Part shown: piece after piece, positions 53,920 through 64,000 of the stretch
How the letters are laid out: each line of letters starts with the position of its first letter
Position numbering within the stretch: the stretch's first letter is position 1
Assembly: GCA_010405405.1 (NCBI GenBank)
Contig: MU004231.1
Location: 2,713,923 to 2,777,922, forward strand
Origin: Microthyrium microscopicum
Lineage: Eukaryota
Direction: 5' to 3'
Length of the DNA: 64,000 bases
Translations under genes and position numbers: made by a program
The notes under the pieces: model-generated
The model's input: the letters and a program-made list of their open reading frames with translations, nothing else
Databases searched by the model: none
What the model was told of the DNA's origin: nothing

Positions 53920-54239
53920 CTCATCCTGCTTGCCGACCAGTAAAATGTTTGATTAAGAGACGTTGAAAAAAGTCAACGCGATTGACATTGAACTGGAACG
54001 GGATGTGCACGGGCTTAACGTGGCTCATAAGCGCTAGCCAATCAGATCGAACCCTAGCCTTTTTTTCAGCCTTATTGACAAACGCATCTAACAGCCTCGA
54101 GAACCGCAGCCTCGCGATGCACCTTGGTCTAGAATCGGAGCATAAAGCGGTCAAATACGGTTATGAATCCAAAAGCTTTACATTATATTCAGGATATCTA
54201 TCATTGGACTCATAGAGGATATCATTAGATATCCTCCAA

Positions 54240-54701
54240 TCAAGAGGGAGGAGCTGCTGCTGGTGCTGGCGCAGCTGGAGATGGGGCTGATGCTACTCAC
54301 GGATCATTAATACTCTTCAGTGACTTAGGTAATGTGGATGTAGAAGAGGCTCTTACCAGCGTCTGCGCCTGGTGCTTGTCCTTTTCCATGGCGCTTTCCC
54401 TTGCCATGCTTTCCTTTGCCGTGCTTCCGGTGTCTCTTGCCCTTGCCTTTGCCGTGTTTCTTGCCAGTGAAGCCGCCTGGTGGGCCACCAGCAGCTCCAG
54501 CGCCTGGAGCGCCGAGACCAGCAGGGACAGTGGGGGTATCTTGACGCTTCTCGATGGTTTGGCTTGTCATTTCGTCCCGGGCAACAACGTTACCTACACA
54601 GTCGATCAGCCTTCCGATACAGCCTGTCAAGTTTAACCAGAGAACATACCAGCGATGACAGCTGAGGCCAAGATGGCGAGAAGGAATGATTTAGCAAGCA
54701 T
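54240..54701 (-). CDS. Small secreted Gly/Lys/His-rich protein, ~113 aa (exons 54701-54650, 54593-54357, 54292-54240)
   Basis: Spliced: MLAKSFLLAILASAVIAG-NVVARDEMTSQTIEKR-QDTPTVPAGLGAPGAGAAGGPPGGFTGKKHGKGKGKRHRKHGKGKHGKGKRHGKGQAPGADAASAPSPAAPAPAAAPPS*. Introns GTATGT..TAG and GTAAGA..TAG keep the frame (342 nt total). Confidence 0.8.
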
Positions 54702-55885
54702 GTTGATGGTTTGAAATGACTGTGATGGAAATAAAAAAGAGTGACTGCGCTTGAAGGGAAACTTTTAACAGTTGCCGAGTCGTAAGCATACACTTTATAC
54801 TATTTTTCTGCAAACTATGAACGTAACAATTTCTCCCACTAACGATCAACTCCCGCAAAAGCTTTTGACAGCAGTCTGAATCTGCTGATCCCCATCTGGG
54901 GATGAAAACCCGTCGCCGGGATCTTTTGATATGTTCCATTAACAACATATTAACTACAGATGCCTGCTAATGATGAAGCAAACCCTTTAAGCAGGCTGCC
55001 AGCTCAGTGATTGACGGGAGTAAGGTGGCTGCGTTTCAAAGTTCGTTCCGCCCCCCCTTTAAGCAAGGCATGGACATTCCGAATTCCTGGTATAAATTTA
55101 ACAGGCCCTTACCAAAGTGCTCATTTCGTGCAGAAATAGGCCTGAGGACCTGCTTTATTGGAGCAAATGAAAGACTCTAGCCCTACGGGCCTTATGCCAA
55201 GTATCTATTTTAACCTATATACCACTCGAAAAGATAAATAACAGTCTGTGACTGGTGGGTCAACACTGGAAAAACTATATTACAACCGCCTACCTGTCCT
55301 CCGATCACCAAAACCCGGCTCTCATCATGCACTGCAAACTATTGAGCTTAATAAAACTTTGGCTCGTGGCAGCTCTTGTACTGTTCAGGAAACTTTTCAG
55401 TTATATTAAATTCACAACCCTCTAAAGCGAATCTAAGCCTGTCTTCTAGACCAGAACCACAGGCGTCGGGATATAAAGACATAACAAGCTTTAATGAACG
55501 TTAGCTGTCTAATCAAAAATAGATCGCACGAGACAATATCTAGTCCGACGAATTCTGGTTCAGCCTATGATATCAACGATACTATAGCTTTAGTATACAG
55601 TGTTCAACATCGTATCGTTAAGATGACTACTATCAGCAGTAAAACAAGTACCCCAAAGATCTACGCTACAGTGCACATCTCTGTTCATGCTGAAGCTATA
55701 TACTATTCAATAATATGATTTTGCGACCTGGGGAACATACTATTCGGAGTTCCCTACAGATAAATCCACCTGTTGAAACCCTGGCCATACACCTTTTGCT
55801 AAATCCAAATGCCTCCTGGATATGCTAATCTCGGTTCAGATAAAGTGAAACACAAGAGAAAACACTAGATAACGCATAATTTCTG

Positions 55886-56848
55886 TCAAGCTTCTATCAG
55901 ATCTGGCACCGGAGGTCCGACCCCTCGTAAAAGAACAATTGTGTTTCCGGTCTGTACAACATCCCCAAGCTTCTCTGAAAAGTCGACAAGTCGCCCACCT
56001 TCCACATGGAAGACTCGTAACCTCTCCTCCTCTCCAACGACCCGATTATTGATATTTTCAACCTGCAGTGCCTTAGCCGCCACATCCAAAACTCGGCCTA
56101 CACTCCATTCCTTGGAATAGAAAAATTTGCCAGTGGGGTATTTGGCCTTTGTTGTATCCGCCGAGGCTTCGACATGCAAATATACGCGCTTGTCGACTGG
56201 CACTTTGGCATCACCTTTGGCAGCAGTCTTCAAGGCGTTGGTCGCAGCAAGATTTGAAGCTGCGGACTTTCTGGAGGTTGACTTTGATAGAATAGGAAGG
56301 TTGGTAGTGTTGGACATGGCGGCTTTCTTATTCAGACCCCACGACTTAAGCTTGGTCAGTGCTGCCATACCTTTTTCCTTCTGTGCCGATGAAAAGGTTG
56401 GCGGTCTTGCGCCCAGTGGTGTGAGTTTAGAGCAGCCATGGTCCTCTTTCATTCGGTGTTTTAAACAATATCTCCGGTTACAAGTTTGGCAATGCACTCC
56501 GGGTGTAAGTGGAGTATCTACCAATGTCTTGCAAGTTGTAGCGGCGCATTGCTTTTCATGATTTAAGATGTTGGGCTTTGGACTGCTGCTGGTGGAAGAA
56601 ACGGTGCTTCGCCCTGTTCTCGCCTTTGCCCACGCGCCGGCTTTTGAGCATTTGTGGGAAGTCTCTAGTCGATGATCCAGACAGTATGTCCCATGGCAGG
56701 AATCGCAGCGGAATGGGAGAAAGTCCAGCTGGTTGCAGTACTCCATCTGGCAGTGCGCGCCAACCGCTTCAACATCTCCAACGGCCATGGCGGTGTAGCT
56801 TGTTCCTTCAGAGTTCTTGTCTGGGAGGTTGGAAGCGTTGAAGGCCAT
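55886..56848 (-). CDS. CUZ1: AN1-type zinc finger protein with C-terminal ubiquitin-like domain (Cuz1/ZFAND1-like)
   Basis: Two AN1 fingers (HCQMEYCNQLDFLPFRCDSCHGTYCLDHR..SHKC and CQTCNRRYCLKHR..DHGC), plus AKGD..VP..KRVYL and WSVGRVLD.AA. First ATG at 56,848. Confidence 0.88.
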   Translation of the reverse strand: MAFNASNLPDKNSEGTSYTAMAVGDVEAVGAHCQMEYCNQLDFLPFRCDSCHGTYCLDHRLETSHKCSKAGAWAKARTGRSTVSSTSSSPKPNILNHEKQCAATTCKTLVDTPLTPGVHCQTCNRRYCLKHRMKEDHGCSKLTPLGARPPTFSSAQKEKGMAALTKLKSWGLNKKAAMSNTTNLPILSKSTSRKSAASNLAATNALKTAAKGDAKVPVDKRVYLHVEASADTTKAKYPTGKFFYSKEWSVGRVLDVAAKALQVENINNRVVGEEERLRVFHVEGGRLVDFSEKLGDVVQTGNTIVLLRGVGPPVPDLIEA

Positions 56849-57571
56849 GGTAATGCTTTTGCAGCCCTTAAAAGGGCACACACGGTTGACGAACGTTGGC
56901 GTTAGGCTGACGAGAGGCGTCACTGTCGCGAAGGAAGAGTGATAATCAATGTAGAAGATGCTAGCAACGGCTACAACGGTCTAAGCCCGCACTGATCTAG
57001 CGCCAAACTTGGCCAAAGAAGGTGCGGGCCGAAAGCTTAGTCAGGTCTTACAGCCAATCAGCGATGGTTTATTGCTTCGACAAGGCTGAATTATCTTGAT
57101 TGAATGTACATGGAATCTTGCGCTCTTTAACTATTACTATAGAATAAAATCTTATGTATTGAGTGTATGTGGAGCGTGGTGATCAGAAAATGACCAATCA
57201 GAGTCTCCGATAAGCGAAGCACGACCAATTGTTCGCTTTCAGCTGTTATTCTACTTATGTTATGAACATCAGCTCCACATCTCTAACAAATGTCGAGACC
57301 TAGGCTTTTTCAATCCAAAGTTTAAGCCGGAGATGTGGGGAAGTAGCCAATGGTATCTGAGGAATGCCACATCTAACAATCCGAATCCTCAGGCCACCAT
57401 GGACTGTCACACAAAGCTGCGGAATGCATTGTCATAAAGTTGTTATGCATGTCTCATAGCTCGGGGCCCCATCTCAACCCATCCTCAACCTTCCTCCGAA
57501 TATCCTCGATGTGACATCGATTTTGTTTTTACGTTTCTCACCCTCGACCACCTTATCGCTATCAGATCAGG

Positions 57572-58793
57572 ATGGCCGATAACAACCCCTCTAGCTTTGG
57601 CATGGGAAATCTGGGTCTTATTACGACTGTTTATATCGCCGAGATCCTCTTTACGTTTGCTGGAATAGCTCTTTACAACACTCTTGAGCTAATTGTACTG
57701 ATTCTGGTCACCTTCAAGCGATACAATGGCATGTACTTTTGGTCATTGCTGCTGGCAACGGCGGGCATCATCCCATACACTCTATCTTTACTCTTCAAGT
57801 TCTTTGAGGTGATCAAAATCAACATGTTGACAATTGCATTTGTTGCTCTTGGCTGGCAAATGATGGTTACGGGACAGTCACTTGTCATGTACTCAAGGCT
57901 TCATCTGGTCACGCAAAACCGGAAGTATACTCAATATGTGCTTTATATGATCATTGCCAACTGGTTCATCAGTAATGTTCCAACCACGGTTTTCGTTTTT
58001 GGTGCCAGCAGTAACAATCCCGCACCGTGGTCCAAGATATATGCTGTCTGGGAGCGCCTGCAACTCTGTCTGTATTTTGTCCAGGAGTCCGTTATTTCCG
58101 GTCTCTACGTCTGGTCTATCATGGGCATGCTATCAGACACCCACAGTCACGAAACCCATATACGTAAAATGGCGTTTTCATCCAGGAGACTTTCAATGGC
58201 AGACAAGTCGAAACGGGTACTAAAGCATCTCATCTACGTCAACGTCATCATGGTCCTGCTCGACATTTCTTTGCTTATCACCGAATTCATTGGACATTAT
58301 GAGATACAGGTTCTATATAAGGTTAGTTGTGGTTTCCAGCTTGGCGTTGCTCTCTCACATACTCTAGGGAGCTTTATACAGTGTAAAATTGAAGATGGAA
58401 TTTTGGATCCTCAATCAGCTCACGGACATTGCCTCCTCAAAATTGAGGCAGTCTCAAATGGAGTCTGGATTTTCGGGCGAAGTGTTCTCGCCAGTGGGGA
58501 CAGTCCAGCCGCATAGCCCCTTAGCAAGCCCGTTTGCAAGCCGAATGTCAAAACCAGAAACCGAGGGTAGCGATTATATCACTTTTAAGAGCCCGTGGAT
58601 GAATGCTGAGGGAGGCCACCGCAATACGCTAGTTCCTGAAGACTCCCATGGCCAGTCACATACCAGCTTGAAGACGGAAATGCTCTCTCTAGATCCTCTG
58701 GCTCCCAATGGCGTCGATATAGGTATGATCGCACATGAAAGGGAACAGTCTTCGCAATCTGGCAAGCAAAAGCTCTCTTTGGATCCAACCTGA
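57572..58793 (+). CDS. Fungal multi-pass (7TM-like) integral membrane protein, DUF7703-like (intron 58322-58367)
   Basis: YNTLEL..I..TFKRY.GMYFWSLL and MVTGQSLVMYSRLHLV. Splicing restores YKGALYSVKLKMEFWILNQL. Confidence 0.85.
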
Positions 58794-58800
58794 TAATCTA

Positions 58801-59376
58801 TTAAATCTTGGGTAGCGACGTCAGAACAAAGATTGCACGACACTCTGCTAGAGTATCTCCTTTGCTATTCTCCAATCGCGCATTCAGGAACTTTTTCCGG
58901 GCTTCTTGCTTGACTGGTAATACCACCACACAAACGGTCTGAGGAGTCAAGACCGGACGGCGATAAATGGTCGTCAGCTCGACTGTCATGGCAGCGCCCT
59001 TGCTTGGAGCCTCGACCTTCTCTTTTGCCAGCTTAATCTGTCGTGCCACGAATTGGGAACCGGCGACGCCCATGACTTCATCAAACAGCAAAGCTATTAA
59101 ACCGCCATGACAGACGGCCGGATAGCCGTTGAGACCAGGCTCCAAGGTGACTAGACAGCGGACCTCCTCGATCAACTTGTTTGGTGCGGGCTTCTTTATG
59201 AAGGACAGACATCTAGAGATGGTTTCATGCGTGTTGAGAATTCTGCCAAACAACTCGTCCTCCGTTGATGGCTTTGGAGTCCTGGATCCTGTGGGAATGA
59301 CTTGCCATTCTGGGTCGCCGATCCATTTGTTGCACCACGATAGGGACCGGAAGTACTCGAGATCAGGTTCCGGCAT
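58801..59376 (-). CDS. Hotdog-fold acyl-CoA thioesterase (PaaI/THEM4-like)
   Basis: GLNGYPAVCHGGLIALLFDEVMG and TVELTTIYRRPVLTP motifs. Confidence 0.9.
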   Translation of the reverse strand: MPEPDLEYFRSLSWCNKWIGDPEWQVIPTGSRTPKPSTEDELFGRILNTHETISRCLSFIKKPAPNKLIEEVRCLVTLEPGLNGYPAVCHGGLIALLFDEVMGVAGSQFVARQIKLAKEKVEAPSKGAAMTVELTTIYRRPVLTPQTVCVVVLPVKQEARKKFLNARLENSKGDTLAECRAIFVLTSLPKI

Positions 59377-59949
59377 GACTGAAAGCCTGAAATTGATGTC
59401 CAGGTAGGAATGAAGTAAACTTTAACACGAGACTTAATTGGAAAATCTTCCCTCCAAGTTTCCCTTGAGATACCGATGGTAGTCTTTGAAGTGTAAGCGG
59501 TACAAGAAAATCCACCCGTACCTAGAGTCGATCTTACCTCGGCATAACAGGTACTCTTGGCTCAGATAAGAGTACTTTCCATCTAATCTGATCGAAGAAG
59601 ATGCGACTCCAAAACGCGTTCCCTCAAATATCTTTTCTCTCTCTGATGCAACGACCGCACTTACAAATGGCTCCTTTGAAGTAACCTTCATCATAATAAA
59701 CTCTTGCACAATCACATATCCTCCATCAAGCGATTTCGACGATCCGGGTCGCGCTTGCGCAGGTACCACTCGCTGATATGGCTCTTAGTTTTGGCATGCC
59801 GAACTCCTCATGTCACTCTGCTCACGCCAACGATTATGTGTCAAGAGAGTCCAGGATCTATCATGAGTTTAGTTCGATGCGTACAACTTCTTTGACCGTT
59901 TTCTGGCATTCCATGAGAAGGTTCTTATTTATGTTATTTACGTGTTTAC

Positions 59950-60930
59950 CTAGTCTGTCAATACCACAAGCTTCCCTCCTGCTTTGTTGGAATCCATTAA
60001 CTCATGAGCCTGCACGATCTCATCAATCCTGAACACCTTGCCAATCGGCACCTTGATATCTCCGGACTCAATATCCTTCAGGAGTTGCGTGAGTGGAGTC
60101 TTTTGGAAATCCGTTATGCCTCCAGAGTATGCCGTCAGCTTGACGGCATGAGGAATCAATTCCATCGGATTCACTCCATCCATCGTCCACTTGTTGCCGA
60201 CGATGCCAGTCATACACACTGTACCACCCTGTTTGGCGCATTTTAGAGAGTCTTCGAGTGTAGTGACCCCGATCAGCTCCAGCACCTTGTCGACACCACC
60301 ACTTGTCGCTGCCTTGACATCATCCGCGATGCTACCATTGTCGACAAAGACTGTGTCCACGCCATTGGCCTTGAGCAGGTCCGATTGCGCTTCACGGCGT
60401 GTAGTAGCTGAAACGCGAGCACCCAGCTTATGGGCTATATTAGCTGCAGTCAAGCCAACGGAAGTAGTCCCGCCTCTGATAAGCAAATGCTCGCCTTTCT
60501 TCAGATCGAGAGCCGTGAAAAGAGAACCCCAAGCAGTCTGGAACATTTCCGGAATGGCACCAACAGTCTCCCAAGGAAGGGTCGTCTCGATCTTCTGGAC
60601 ATTTTCTGCCGAGACACAGGTGTATTGTGCATAACCACCGTCAAAAGCTCGACCCAGACCACCCATGACTGTAGCGACTTTCTGGCCCTTGTTGAATTCG
60701 CCGCCAGGAGCGCTTTCAATTTCTCCAACTGCTTCGATTCCTAAAACTCTGGGAAACTTGACATCGGGAGAGGCACCTTGCCGTGTGAACATTTCTGATC
60801 GATTGATACCGAAAGCTCTCACTCGGATGAGGACTTGGCGTGCTGCTGGGGTTGGGATTGGAATATTCTCGAGTTTGAGAACCTCAGGACCTCCAGCCTC
60901 ATAGATTCTGACCGCTTTCATAAGAGCCAT
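59950..60930 (-). CDS. MDR-family NADPH:quinone oxidoreductase-like protein
   Basis: [49 protein letters not shown] and [16 protein letters not shown]. Intronless. Start could be 60,945, 60,930 or 60,921. Confidence 0.92.
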   Translation of the reverse strand: MALMKAVRIYEAGGPEVLKLENIPIPTPAARQVLIRVRAFGINRSEMFTRQGASPDVKFPRVLGIEAVGEIESAPGGEFNKGQKVATVMGGLGRAFDGGYAQYTCVSAENVQKIETTLPWETVGAIPEMFQTAWGSLFTALDLKKGEHLLIRGGTTSVGLTAANIAHKLGARVSATTRREAQSDLLKANGVDTVFVDNGSIADDVKAATSGGVDKVLELIGVTTLEDSLKCAKQGGTVCMTGIVGNKWTMDGVNPMELIPHAVKLTAYSGGITDFQKTPLTQLLKDIESGDIKVPIGKVFRIDEIVQAHELMDSNKAGGKLVVLTD

Positions 60931-61570
60931 TTTGATGCTTGTCATGAAGTAATCGGTACAAATAAGTGTTCGGAGGAAGATAGTATGTTATCTGATCTGT
61001 TGTTGGTTTAGTTCCAAACAGTGCCTGCCAAGCGGACTTTATAGTGTAATTACCTGGCATCAAAAAAGGGTTGGCGGAATCTATTCCTTACCCGGGTAAA
61101 GAGTAGGTTGTCAGCGTTGGTAATCGACGTCTCTTGTATAATATGTCGGTTTCAGCGAATTAGCCTTACAGAAACGACCTTAGCTGCAGGATGGAGAACC
61201 TCAAAATTGACTCAACCATTAGGCTGCGACTGTTGATAAGCAGGTATGCATATGTCGGGAGCCAAAAGATACAACGTTTTGAGAGTCAGCGAGGCTGGAA
61301 TTATTCAGCCGGCCTTGTGTATGAAAAATGGCACTAATCTCCGGAGTGGAGTGTATTCCGCGATTGCTAAAAAAACAGAGCTCCGCTTGATAACACCAAC
61401 CACAAATCTGAAGCTCAACATGAGCGATAATTTTAACTGCAAGAGTCGTCACGCTACTCTATTGCTTCAAGCCTTCTAGTAAATTACGAAGCTATTTTGC
61501 GGTTCACATAACTCTTTTGATGTAGAGAGCAGTGAAACGACTTATACCGTATTTCTTATTAAAGGTGCGA

Positions 61571-64000
61571 TGTGAAGGGATGGCAGCCGCATAATGGATT
61601 ATGTAATCAGATGGGGTTAAGACCTACTACCTAACGGTAGGACTCTATCGCTTCTAATCTAACTTTGTTATCCTAAATATTTCCTTTATTAATAGGTTAT
61701 AATAACCCTTTTGAGCCTCTTCTATTAATAAATTATTAGATTTATATTTAATCTATTAATTTTCTATTAGCTACTACTAATTTATTATAAAAATAAGCTT
61801 GCTAATTATCTACCTAGCTCTAATTATTAAAACTTAACCCTATAAATTAATAGCTTATTAACTAATATTAATTTTTATTAAAGTTCTATTATCTATTAAT
61901 AGTTTGCCTTATTTTATTAGTAAGTAACTATCGTAAGTAATTATACCCTATTATCTTTACTTTATCTTATTCCCTTACTACTCTACTATTATATTAATAT
62001 TTAGAGTTAACTAGAGTAGTATACCTAAGCTATTAGCTAATAGTAATAACTTTATTAAATAGTATATATCCTAAATATATATTCTTAAGTATAATAAGTA
62101 CTTTAATATTATTAAGAAAAAGCCTACTAATCTTAATAACGTTATTAATAATAATATTAATACTAAAGCTATAATAATACTACTTAGTAGCATATATAAT
62201 AAATACTAGCTAATAATTACTAGCTTTAAGTTTGCTACTAACGCCTAGTAATAGCTAGTAGCAAAATATAATTAAGATACTAATAATAATACTATCTTTT
62301 AATTTTGTACGCTTACTAGCCTACGTTATAAAGATAGTAAAAACTTAATAGACTACCTTAATAACTTCTATTAAATCTAGACTTACTTATATAAGAAATG
62401 TATTACCTTATTATAGCTTGTTACTAAAGCTATAAAAGCAATTTTTAAAAGCAATAAGGTAAAAGGCTTATTCTTTCTAATAATACTACTAGATACTATA
62501 AACAACGTTATTAATAACTTTAATATAAAGAATATCTTAAAGTTTACTACTATTAAGCTAAAGATCCTTAATATTACTAAATGCTACTTTTTTAACTTTA
62601 TTTAGAGTATAGCGTACTATAGTAAGAAGACGCTTAAAAGCTTATTATTTAGTAAGTAAAAAGTCTATACCTAGTACTAAAGTAAAGGTTTTACTTTTAT
62701 TAGCTACTTTTACTTAGATTATAAATATTTTACTAAGTATAAGAAAAAGAAAGACGTCTTTAATAATAGTAAATTAAAGACCCTTGCTAATAAATCTAAA
62801 GCTTCTAGTAAGATAAAAAAACTATTAGAAAATTGCTAAAAGAAGCCTAGAGCCTTAGTAAGGCTTACTAAGGATTCTAATATTAAAAAGGTCTATAGGA
62901 ACGACTCTAAAAATAATATCTAGATTGTTACTACCTTTAGCGTAGTAATATATATTAACGTAAATAGTAAACGCGTATATATAAGTTTTCTTCCTAGTAA
63001 TAAAATTAAAATACTTTATCTTATTAAACTAATAATAATTCTACTAAAAGCTACTACCCTAGCTATATACCTTTATATAACGCTATAAATTTTTAATATA
63101 GGCGCATTTAGATATATATTTAGATTTATTAAAGATTTTAATAGTATAAGAAAGTATACTAGTATAGTACGTATTATTAATAGTATTAAACTACTAATCT
63201 AAGAAATTAAAAATATCTTACTATATTATTATTTACTTAATAGGTTAATATCCTTTATTAAACTAACTAATACTATCTATAGTTATAAATTTATTAATAC
63301 TAGATTACTAAGCTAGACTTACGTCTATAAAAACTTTTGCCTAATAGTAGAGAATAATAACCTATTTATTTTCTTTCTTACTAGAATAGTAGTTTAGATA
63401 AAGTATAAGGCTAAATCTCTATAGATCTAGCTTTAGTAAGAGACGTATACTACTATATAAGTAGTAATATAACTATTCTTATTATACTAGGAATTTTATA
63501 AGGCTATTAAATATTTAAATATTAGTAATGCTAAACGCCTATATAGTAACTTTAAAGCTATCCTAAAAATACTATATAAGTTTTACTATAAAGCGTATAT
63601 TACTATAAACTTAAAGCATATAATACTAAAATTGTTACTAGAGTAACTAAGCTCTAAACTATTTAACTTTATCTATTCTAATCTATTTAAATAACTTCTA
63701 AAGTCTATTAGTAGTAACTAGTACTTCTTTATCTTTATTAATAACTATATATAATACTCCTAAATCTTTTTTATTAAGAAAAAGTCTAATATTATAATAA
63801 TTATAGCTTACTTTATTACTTAAGTAAAAACCTAATTTAGTATTAATATCCTAGTATTTATTAGTAATAATAATAGTAAATATATTAATATAAAAACTAT
63901 AACTATAATTAAGGATAAAGGAATTAAAGTTATCTATTTACTAACTTACTTCTATAAAAGTAATAGCTTACTAGAATAATTTATCTAAATAGTCTAGAAT
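61571..64000 (+). mobile_element. Ty1/Copia LTR retrotransposon, RIP-degenerate, continuing beyond the window
   Basis: De-RIP protease WIFDTGAxRHM (~63,085-63,118), H.AIGHLN (~63,500), CEAC (~63,588), PFDFIHSDL (~63,660), YFFIFIDD (~63,725), SDNGGEY (~63,865) and ESNGLPER (~63,960). PBS-like ggttata at ~61,695. LTR start uncertain (61,521, 61,571 or 61,602). Confidence 0.88.

Noticed and set aside
59434..59769. 111-aa minus-strand ORF between the thioesterase and MDR genes
   Set aside because: Non-ATG start and no recognisable motif; lies in probable promoter/UTR space.
45762..61479. Numerous 60-180-aa overlapping or antisense track ORFs
   Set aside because: Shadow frames of the nine supported genes, or exon fragments already used in the spliced models.

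Overview
Filamentous ascomycete (Pezizomycotina-like) genomic window with a two-speed layout. Positions 1-~45,640 are extremely AT/TpA-rich DNA mutated by RIP (repeat-induced point mutation, C>T/G>A). Positions ~45,640-61,570 are an intact island of nine genes: NDC1, a GNAT acetyltransferase, a kelch-repeat membrane protein, lipoate ligase AIM22, a small secreted His/Lys/Gly-rich protein, a Cuz1-like AN1 zinc finger, a 7TM-like membrane protein, a hotdog thioesterase and an MDR oxidoreductase. From ~61,570 to the end is a RIP-mutated Copia element. Reversing RIP by eye shows that 1-41,183 is not a pile of ordinary retrotransposons but an array of relic genes: a Plavaka-type (CACTA-related) DDE transposase, a SNF2-family ATPase, a Upf1/DNA2-like SF1 helicase and several orphan ORFs with in-frame tandem repeats. 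The array ends in about 5 kb of subterminal repeats and a CAGTG end (reverse complement of CACTG) that cuts a Copia pol frame. The best reading is a giant (>=41 kb, left end outside the window) helicase-carrying Plavaka/CACTA-like DNA transposon nested in a Copia element. All de-RIP readings are manual, ORF boundaries in RIP DNA are approximate, and three N-gaps lie inside the proposed element.
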